From contig JBOGVO010000066.1 in assembly GCA_050692855.1 (NCBI GenBank), positions 1 through 36,445 of the forward strand: DNA of 36,445 nt, given 5' to 3'. Below, piece by piece: positions 20,789-27,509 of this stretch. Both the position numbers and the translations under genes were made by a program. Within the stretch, counting starts at the first letter, position 1, and the number at the start of each line of letters is the position of its first letter. The stretch is from Actinomycetota bacterium. Lineage in GTDB: Bacteria > Actinomycetota > UBA4738 > HRBIN12. The notes beneath the pieces were generated by a model. It was not told where the DNA came from and made no database searches. It worked only from the letters and a program-made list of their open reading frames with translations.

Positions 20789-22824
20789 CTGCGGGCCTCC
20801 GTCGTGTTCACGGTCGTCCTCCCTATCACGCCGGCGACGATGGTGCCCTGACGAGGGATGCTTCGCACGTCGACCTCTCCACCGAGTGCGGCCAGCCGGT
20901 CGGTGATGCCCTGCAAGCCGGTGCCGGCGTGCACATCGGCCACATCGAAACCGACACCGTCATCCTCGACCTCGAACCGAAGCTCGCCGCCGCCCTCGTT
21001 GAGTCGGACGTCCACGTGCTCTGCCCGGGCGTACTTCGCGACGTTCTGCAGCGCCTCCAGCACCGAGAAGTAGACGGCTGACTCCACTTCTTGCGGGTAA
21101 CGGCCGACGCCGTCGGTGTCGACCCCGACCGGCACGGCCGCCTTCCGCGCCTGCGCCTCGAGGGCGGCTCCCAGGCCCTGGTCCGCCAGCAGCGGCGGGT
21201 AGATGCCGCGGGCGAGGTCGCGGAGGTTCCCGAGCGCGTCGTTCGTCTCGGCACGGATCTCCGCGAGCATCAACCGGGCCTGCTCGTCGTCCTCCCCGAC
21301 GAGCGACTCCGCCAGGCGCTGCTTCACCGCGAGGGCCACGAGCTGCTGCTGTGCCCCGTCGTGGATGTCGCGCTCGAGCTTCTTCGCCCGCTCGTCCTGG
21401 GCCGCGACGATGCGCCGTCGGGACTCGCGCAGATCCTCCACGAGCCGCACGTTCCGTAGCACCAGCCCCGCCTGGGCGGCGAGGTCGCCAACGAGCTTCT
21501 CCGTGGCGGGGTTCATCGGATCGTTGGAGGGCATCTCGACCGAGAGGGCTCCCAGCATCTCGCCCCGATGCGAGACCTCCACCGCACCGGTCGGGAGCGA
21601 CTTCACAGCGGTCTCCATGGGCCACGAGGCCGCGGGCCGCATCCGCCCGTCGAGCATCAGCCACACCGTCGCGCTGGAGGCCCCCGTGCCCTGTCCGAGG
21701 ATCTGCGCCATGCGGGGGAGCACGTCGTCGGCCGCGTAGGCTCCTCCCATCCGCTCCGAGAACTCGGTCAGCACCTCGTACGGCGTCGCGCGCTTGCCGT
21801 ACACGACGCGGTTCGCGAGTCGCTGTGCCCACCGGCGCACCGGCTGGAACGCGATCGCCACGACCGCGGCCGCGATCGCGGACAGGAACGCATTGCCGAC
21901 GTTTTCGGCGAGCGCACCGATACCTACGACGAACCCGATGTAGACGAGCGTGATGAACCCACCGAGCACGCCGTAGACGACCGCCTTCGAGATCACGAGG
22001 TCGATCTCGTAGAGGCGGTAGCGCAGGATCGCGATGCCGGCCGCCACGGGAAGGGCCGCCACGCCGAATTGCACGACCAAGGCCACGAGGAACGAGTCCT
22101 GGAGCGGCGTCTCGTGGGTTACGGCCGACAGGAGGTATCCCAGGGCGAGGAACACGGCCGCGAGGGCGAACCACTTCATCTGCTGTCGCTCGACGCCGGC
22201 CGCTCGCCGGAACCGCATCACCATCGAGACCGCGGCGGCGATGAGCGCGATCGGAAGCAGGACCCACCCGACACCCCCCTCGTCGAGCAGCGACCCGTCG
22301 AGGGCGTCGACCCCGAGCGGGTTGACGACGTCCTCCTGACCCGGGATCGGTCCCGGCGTGAGCGTGAATCCCGCGACCAGCGTGACGGCCGCGACCACGT
22401 CGATCCAGACGGCGATCCTCCACCGCGGGGAGAGGAGCCGTCCATCCGGGAACAGCAGCATGACCAGGGTCTGGAGCGCGAGCCCGACGAGACCGAACGA
22501 TGCGGTCAGGGTCGCCCACTCCCGGCCGGGCAGTGGCGGGTTCGCGTCGCCGTACGTGCCGCCAAGAGTGGCGAGTCCGGTCGCGAGCCCGATCGCGCAG
22601 AACAACCAGCCGATCCGGTTCTCGGGCTGTCGAGTGGCGATCAGCACGCCCATCACCGGGAAGGTCGCGAGCACGGTCGCGAACAGCACGTCCACTACCG
22701 GAGGCGTGTCGAGCTGATCCGACAACGTGTCGGTCGCAACGCCCAGGGCCGCGCCGGCGGCCAGGGTCGCGAGCGCGAGCCCACCGAGGATCCACGCCAG
22801 CCGTCTCGCTGTGGGTGCCTCCAT
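20785..22824 (-). CDS. polytopic sensor histidine kinase paralogue D (first gene of the D-C-B(-A) operon)
   Basis: ATG 22824 (MEAPTARRLAWILGG) has GAGGTG just upstream. The 45 codons further upstream in ORF 20785..22959 look non-coding. 679 aa. Motifs are LFPDGRLLSPRWR, ERQQMKWF, LRYRLYEIDLVISK, YGKRATPYEVL, ERDIHDGAQQQLVAL, EALQNVAKYA. Confidence 0.9.
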   Translation of the reverse strand: MEAPTARRLAWILGGLALATLAAGAALGVATDTLSDQLDTPPVVDVLFATVLATFPVMGVLIATRQPENRIGWLFCAIGLATGLATLGGTYGDANPPLPGREWATLTASFGLVGLALQTLVMLLFPDGRLLSPRWRIAVWIDVVAAVTLVAGFTLTPGPIPGQEDVVNPLGVDALDGSLLDEGGVGWVLLPIALIAAAVSMVMRFRRAAGVERQQMKWFALAAVFLALGYLLSAVTHETPLQDSFLVALVVQFGVAALPVAAGIAILRYRLYEIDLVISKAVVYGVLGGFITLVYIGFVVGIGALAENVGNAFLSAIAAAVVAIAFQPVRRWAQRLANRVVYGKRATPYEVLTEFSERMGGAYAADDVLPRMAQILGQGTGASSATVWLMLDGRMRPAASWPMETAVKSLPTGAVEVSHRGEMLGALSVEMPSNDPMNPATEKLVGDLAAQAGLVLRNVRLVEDLRESRRRIVAAQDERAKKLERDIHDGAQQQLVALAVKQRLAESLVGEDDEQARLMLAEIRAETNDALGNLRDLARGIYPPLLADQGLGAALEAQARKAAVPVGVDTDGVGRYPQEVESAVYFSVLEALQNVAKYARAEHVDVRLNEGGGELRFEVEDDGVGFDVADVHAGTGLQGITDRLAALGGEVDVRSIPRQGTIVAGVIGRTTVNTTEARR

Positions 22825-22928
22825 GCCGCACCTCGACGTATGTGTCCAACGTGACGAGCGTGGCACTTCGACGACCGGAGTCCAAGGGGGGGACCCTGCC
22901 CGCTTCCGCGCCGGAACATCACCGTCAG

Positions 22929-22945
22929 AGTGGTGCTGGCACCAC
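22929..22945. promoter_or_regulatory. 7-2-7 inverted-repeat operator candidate, copy 2 (AGTGGTGCTGGCACCAC)
   Basis: Perfect palindrome GTGGTGC-TG-GCACCAC at 22930-22945. It lies 104 nt upstream of the kinase D ATG and 76 nt upstream of the divergent USP ATG. It is near-identical to 13887-13903. Confidence 0.55.
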
Positions 22946-23021
22946 CCGCGCTTCCGCATGGCCGCGCCGTCGTCGCCGGGCGCCGCGACGCCTACCGTGG
23001 GATCGGAAGGAGGCGAGATCG

Positions 23022-23429
23022 ATGACGACGATCGTGGTGGGAACCGATACCTCGCCGGCGGCTGACCTCGCGGTGGACGACGCGGCGAGGCTGGCGCGCG
23101 ACCGCGGTGCGGAGCTCGTGATCCTCTACGTGGGGAGCGGTGACGGGCTGCGGTCGGTGGTGGACCCCGCCCGGGCTGCCGACCCCGGCCGGCACCTCGC
23201 GGCGATGGAGGCCCGCTACCCGGAGCTCAGGGTGCACACGCGGATGGAGGAGGGTGACCCGGCCGAGACGATCTGCGACGTCGCGGAGCAAGAGCGCGCG
23301 GAGACCATCGTGGTCGGCAACCGAGGCACGCACGGCTCGTGGTGGCGGGTGCGCGACAGCGTGCCGAACCTCGTCCTGCGCTACGCACCGTGCAGCGTCT
23401 ACATCGCCGACACGCGGAGGGCGCAATGA
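23022..23429 (+). CDS. universal stress protein (UspA family)
   Basis: ATG 23022 is preceded by GGAAGGAGG (23005-23013). MTTIVVGTDTSPAADLAVDDAARLA ... IVVGNRGTHG ... VPNLVLRYAPCSVYI is the typical USP fold signature. 135 aa. Confidence 0.88.
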   Translation: MTTIVVGTDTSPAADLAVDDAARLARDRGAELVILYVGSGDGLRSVVDPARAADPGRHLAAMEARYPELRVHTRMEEGDPAETICDVAEQERAETIVVGNRGTHGSWWRVRDSVPNLVLRYAPCSVYIADTRRAQ

Positions 23430-23453
23430 CAAGCGAGGCGAGCCTACGCTTGT
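23429..23453. terminator. possible bidirectional hairpin between convergent USP and response-regulator genes
   Basis: ACAAGCG (23429-23435) and CGCTTGT (23447-23453) form a 7-bp stem with an 11-nt loop that spans both stop codons. There is no clear U-tract, so this is weak. Confidence 0.25.
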
Positions 23454-24112
23454 TCGGTCTCCCGCAGGAAGGCCAGAACGGCCATCACCCGGCGGTGCAC
23501 GGCGGGCTCCTCGGTCAGGTCGAGCTTGTGGAACAGCGAGTTGATGTGCTTCTCGACCGCCCGCTCGGTGAGGAACAGCGACTTCGCGATCGCCGCGTTG
23601 TTCTGTCCCTGCGCCATGTGGCTCAGCACCTCGCGCTCGCGGTCGGTGAGCGTCGCGAGCGGGGAGTGCGCCATGCGGTCCTTCGCCGCCACCAGCGCCT
23701 CGACGACCTTGGGGTCGAGCACGCTGCCGCCCCGGGCGACCTCCGTCAGGGCGCGCACCACCTCGTCCACGTCGGCCACGCGTTCCTTGAGCAGGTAGCC
23801 CAGACCCCCCGCGCCGTCCTTCAGCAGGTCGTACACGTACTCCTCGTCGGCGAACTGCGAGAGCACGACCACGCCGACGCTCGGGTGCTCGGCCCTGATC
23901 GCCTTGGCCGCTCGGATCCCCTCGTCGGTGCCCGTCGGGGGCATCCGGATGTCGGTGAGCACGGCGTCGGGAGAGTGCGCCTCGACCGCCGCGAGCAGGT
24001 CGTCGTAGGCTTCGGCCGTGCCGACGACATCGACGTCGTCGACGCTCGAGAGCAACGCTACGGTGCCCTCGCGGACCAAGTAGTTGTCCTCCGCGAACAC
24101 GACGCGCAGCAT
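23444..24112 (-). CDS. NarL/LuxR-family response regulator (REC + LuxR HTH)
   Basis: ATG 24112 gives MLRVVFAEDNYLV; the alternative is GTG 24133. Acceptor context VLTDIRMPP, then GYLLKERV, and HTH LTDREREVLSHMAQGQNNAAIAKSLFLTERAVEKHINSLFHKL. Confidence 0.9.
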   Translation of the reverse strand: MLRVVFAEDNYLVREGTVALLSSVDDVDVVGTAEAYDDLLAAVEAHSPDAVLTDIRMPPTGTDEGIRAAKAIRAEHPSVGVVVLSQFADEEYVYDLLKDGAGGLGYLLKERVADVDEVVRALTEVARGGSVLDPKVVEALVAAKDRMAHSPLATLTDREREVLSHMAQGQNNAAIAKSLFLTERAVEKHINSLFHKLDLTEEPAVHRRVMAVLAFLRETEQA

Positions 24113-24120
24113 GCGCGGAT

Positions 24121-24134
24121 GGTACACGTGCACC
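24121..24134. promoter_or_regulatory. near-palindrome GGTACACGTGCACC centred on CACGTG in a 44-bp divergent intergenic region
   Basis: 12 of 14 positions are self-complementary. It sits between the regulator start (24112, minus) and the REC-HTH-cyclase start (24157, plus). Confidence 0.35.
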
Positions 24135-24156
24135 CCCAGGCCGGAAGGCGAGCGGC

Positions 24157-25446
24157 GTGAGTATCACGGTCGTGCTCGGCGAGGACAACGTGCTCGTGCG
24201 CGAGGGCGTGCGCGCGCTGCTCGACTCCTACGACGACATCGAGGTCGTGGGCGTCGCCGAGGACGGGCCCTCGCTCCTGGCAGCCGCCGCCGAGCACGTG
24301 CCCGACGTGGTCGTGACCGACATCAAGATGCCGCCGTCGTTCCAGCTCGAGGGCATCGACTGCGCGCACGCGATCCGCGAGCAACACCCCGACACCGGGG
24401 TTGTGGTGCTCTCCGCTCATGACGATGAGGAATACGCGCTCGCCTTGCTCGGCCGCGGGCACAGTGGGCTCGCGTACCTCCTGAAGGATCGCATCGCCCA
24501 GGGCGACGAGCTGGCACGCGCGATCCGCGAGGTGCACGCGGGGGGCAGCACCGTCGACCCCACGATCGCCGAGCGGCTCTCGGGGCGCGGCGACGCGGCC
24601 GAGCGCGACCGCGAGCTGCTCGACATGATGGCCAAGGGCCTCGGGTACGCCGAGATCGCCGAGGCGCTCGGCACCACGCAGGAATCCGTCGACCGGCAGG
24701 TGACGGAGCTGTTCCGCGGCCTGGCGGGCGACAGCGGGGGCGGTGCCGGGCTCGTCGACGAGTTCAAGCGGATGCACGCGGCCGTGGTCGAGCAGACCGC
24801 CTCGCGGAACACGCTCGCGTCGTTCGTGCCCCAGCAGCTCGCCGACCGTCTCGCCGCGCATCCCCAGTCCGCGATCGAGCCGCAGGAGGTCGAGGTCACG
24901 GTCCTGTTCAGCGACATCCGCGGCTTCACGACGATCGCCGAGCGACTCGAGGCCCGCGAGGTCGCGGCCGTCGTCGGGCGGCATCTCTCCGCGATGGCCG
25001 AGGTCGTGGCCGCGCACGACGGCACGATCGACCAGTTCCAGGGGGACGCGGTGATGGCGGTCTTCGGCGCACCCGAACCGCTCGTCGACCACGCCGAGCG
25101 AGCGTTGCGGTGTGCGATCGCGATGCAGGCCCGACAGGCCGAGCTGAATGCGGAAGGCTGGAGCGTCGAGGGCCTGCCCGATATGGGAGTGGGCATCGGC
25201 GTGAACACCGGCCCGGTGATCGCGGGGACGGTCGGCGGCGGCGGGAGGCTCGAGTACACCGTGGTCGGCGACGCGGTGAACGTCGCCTCGCGCCTACAGG
25301 GGGAAGCGGAGGGCGGCGAGATCGTTGCCGCGGCGACCACCGTCGCGGCTGCCGACGGCATCGAGTGCGAGCCGATCGGCTCGCGCCATGTGAAGGGTCG
25401 CGAGGAAGCGGTGGAGGTTTTCCGGGTGAAGGCGGCGGGGCGATGA
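24157..25446 (+). CDS. response regulator with LuxR-type HTH and C-terminal class III adenylate/guanylate cyclase domain
   Basis: GTG 24157 has GGAAGG 9 nt upstream. REC: VVLGEDNVLV, VVVTDIKMPP (Asp55), AYLLKDR. HTH-like: ERDRELLDMMAKGLGYAEIAEALGTTQESVDRQVTELF. Cyclase: VTVLFSDIRGFT (Asp253), FQGDAVMAVFGAP (Asp297), GIGVNTGPVIAGTVG, EYTVVGDAVNVASRL (Asn375, Arg379). Confidence 0.88.
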   Translation: MSITVVLGEDNVLVREGVRALLDSYDDIEVVGVAEDGPSLLAAAAEHVPDVVVTDIKMPPSFQLEGIDCAHAIREQHPDTGVVVLSAHDDEEYALALLGRGHSGLAYLLKDRIAQGDELARAIREVHAGGSTVDPTIAERLSGRGDAAERDRELLDMMAKGLGYAEIAEALGTTQESVDRQVTELFRGLAGDSGGGAGLVDEFKRMHAAVVEQTASRNTLASFVPQQLADRLAAHPQSAIEPQEVEVTVLFSDIRGFTTIAERLEAREVAAVVGRHLSAMAEVVAAHDGTIDQFQGDAVMAVFGAPEPLVDHAERALRCAIAMQARQAELNAEGWSVEGLPDMGVGIGVNTGPVIAGTVGGGGRLEYTVVGDAVNVASRLQGEAEGGEIVAAATTVAAADGIECEPIGSRHVKGREEAVEVFRVKAAGR

Positions 25447-27509
25447 GCCTGAGCGAGCGGCGGCTGCGTCGCCTCGCACGCTTGGCGTTCGTGATCGTGG
25501 TCGTCGGATCGATCGCCACGATCGCGCTCGAGATCGCCGCCGGACGCCTCGACGAGGTCGTGTTCTCCGCGCTCTTCCTGTCGTTCCCGGCCGTCGGGCT
25601 CTTCGTGCTCTGGCGCAAGCCCGACGCGCGCCTCGCCTGGGTCATGGTCGGGATGGGCGTGGGCGCCGCGATCCTGGGCCCGGTGACAGGCTACGGCGCG
25701 CTTGCCATCGAGCACGACCTGCCGTTCGGACCGGTGGCGCTCGCGATCGGAGGGCCGGGCTGGGTGCCGTTCATCGCGGGCTCGGGCTTCCTGCTGCTGC
25801 TCTTCCCCGACGGGCACCTGCCGTCGCCGCGCTGGCGGTGGTTCGCGTGGTTGTGCGGCATCGCCCTCACGATCGTCTTCGTCACGATCTGGTTCTACCC
25901 GGGTGACTTCGCCGACTCTGGCTATCCCGAGATCGAGAACCCGATCGGGATCGAAGCGATCGGGAGCGTGCTCGACATCTTCGGGTTCCTGCTGCTCTCC
26001 GCGCCTCTGCTCGTCGTCGGCGGGTTCGTCTCGCTCGTCGTTCGGATGCGCCGCTCGACGGATGAGATCCTCAGGCATCAGATCCGCTGGCTCGCGTACG
26101 CCGCGTCGATCATGGCCTCGTTGTTCGTCCTGTCCTTCACCCCCGGCCTGGGGAACGACGAGGGGTGGAGCTCGTGGATCCAGAGCCTCGGCGCGATGAG
26201 CTTCATGCTGATCCCCGTCGCGACCGGTTTCGCGATCCTGCGTTACCGCCTGTACGACATCGACGTCGTGATTCGCAAGACCGTGGTGATCGCGGTGATG
26301 GTCGGGTTCATCGCGATCGTCTACGTCACGGTGGTCGCCGGCGTGGGCGCGATCGTCGGGGCCAGCAGCAACGCGCCGCTCCTGTCCGCCCTGGCCGCGG
26401 CGATCGTCGCGCTGGTGTTCCAGCCCGTGCGGGCGCGGGCCCGCCGGTTCGCCGACCGCATCGTGTACGGCAAGCGCGCCACGCCCTACGAGGTGATGGC
26501 GACGTTCGGCGACCAGCTCGCCGGCACGTACGCAGCCGACGATGTGCTGCCGAGGACCGCTCGTGTGCTCGCCGAGGGCGTCGGTGCCGAACGTGCCGAG
26601 GTGCGCCTGGCTGTCGGGGACGACATGCGGAGCCTCGCCGTCTGGCCGCCCGATGCTCCCGAAGCGGCCGACGACTGCATGGCCGAGGTGCGGCATCAGG
26701 GCGAGTTGCTCGGCTCCCTGGCCGTCTCGCTGCCGGCCAACGATCCGATCGACCCGACCAGGGAACAACTCGTGCAGGATCTCGCGGCCCAGGCAGGACT
26801 GGTGCTCCGCAACGAGCGCCTGACCCAGCAGCTGCGCGCCCGGCTCGCGGACCTCCAAGCGGCGCAGAAGCGTCTCGTCGCGGCCCAGGACGACGAGCGT
26901 CGCAAGCTCGAGCGGAATATCCACGACGGCGCCCAGCAGCAGCTCGTGGCTCTGCAGGTGCGCCAACGCCTGGCGGAACGGCTCGTCGATCGCGACCCCG
27001 CCAAGGCGAAGGCGATGCTCGATGGACTCCAGACCGATACGGGCAAGGCGCTGGACGACCTGCGGGACCTCGCACGCGGCATCTACCCGCCGCTCCTCGC
27101 GGACAAGGGACTCGGCGCTGCGCTCGAAGCCCAGAGCAGGAAGTCCCCGATCCCCATCCGGGTCGAGGCCGACGGTGTCGAACGCTTGCCGCAAGAGGTG
27201 GAGGCGGCCGTCTACTTCTCGGCGCTCGAAGCCCTGCAGAACACGGCGAAGTACGCGCACGCGTCCCATGCGACGGTGACGCTCCTCCGCGCGAACGGCT
27301 CACTCGCGTTCACGGTCACCGACGACGGCACGGGGTTCGACGTGAGCACGACCGGCTACGGCACGGGGCTGCAGGGCATCGCCGATCGGCTGGGTGCCCT
27401 CGACGGCGAGCTCGAGATCCTGAGCCGTCCCGGGTCGGGAACCACGGTGACCGGTCGCGTGCCGATCGCCGCCGGCTCCGCCGACGCGCCGCTCGAGGAT
27501 CTGACGTGA
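25443..27509 (+). CDS. polytopic sensor histidine kinase paralogue E
   Basis: ATG 25443 overlaps the cyclase stop (ATGA). 688 aa. Motifs are LFPDGHLPSPRWR, RHQIRWL, LRYRLYDIDVVIRKT, YGKRATPYEVM, ERNIHDGAQQQLVAL, EALQNTAKYA, DDGTGFD, GTGLQGIADR. The upstream 111 codons of ORF 25110..27509 are an out-of-frame overlap with the cyclase gene. Confidence 0.92.
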   Translation: MSLSERRLRRLARLAFVIVVVGSIATIALEIAAGRLDEVVFSALFLSFPAVGLFVLWRKPDARLAWVMVGMGVGAAILGPVTGYGALAIEHDLPFGPVALAIGGPGWVPFIAGSGFLLLLFPDGHLPSPRWRWFAWLCGIALTIVFVTIWFYPGDFADSGYPEIENPIGIEAIGSVLDIFGFLLLSAPLLVVGGFVSLVVRMRRSTDEILRHQIRWLAYAASIMASLFVLSFTPGLGNDEGWSSWIQSLGAMSFMLIPVATGFAILRYRLYDIDVVIRKTVVIAVMVGFIAIVYVTVVAGVGAIVGASSNAPLLSALAAAIVALVFQPVRARARRFADRIVYGKRATPYEVMATFGDQLAGTYAADDVLPRTARVLAEGVGAERAEVRLAVGDDMRSLAVWPPDAPEAADDCMAEVRHQGELLGSLAVSLPANDPIDPTREQLVQDLAAQAGLVLRNERLTQQLRARLADLQAAQKRLVAAQDDERRKLERNIHDGAQQQLVALQVRQRLAERLVDRDPAKAKAMLDGLQTDTGKALDDLRDLARGIYPPLLADKGLGAALEAQSRKSPIPIRVEADGVERLPQEVEAAVYFSALEALQNTAKYAHASHATVTLLRANGSLAFTVTDDGTGFDVSTTGYGTGLQGIADRLGALDGELEILSRPGSGTTVTGRVPIAAGSADAPLEDLT

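Noticed and set aside
17007-22854. Long plus-strand ORFs 17007..18794, 19172..20851 and 21568..22854
   Set aside because: Each lies antisense to an intact kinase gene (B, C, D). Their composition is highly charged low complexity (R/D/E/H/G) with no domain signatures, so I treat them as GC-driven artefacts.
22936-22950. Sigma-54-like TGGCAC inside the palindrome (CTGGCACCACCCGCGC)
   Set aside because: The -12 element (TTGC) is absent at the required spacing, and actinobacteria generally lack RpoN. The palindromic 7-2-7 structure explains the sequence better as a regulator operator.
24417-27269. 950-aa ORF on the minus strand, the longest ORF in the track
   Set aside because: It is antisense to the REC-HTH-cyclase and kinase E genes and crosses their boundary. 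Its translation is Arg/Pro/Gly/Asp-rich low complexity with no recognisable motifs. Stop-free antisense frames are expected opposite GC3-rich genes.
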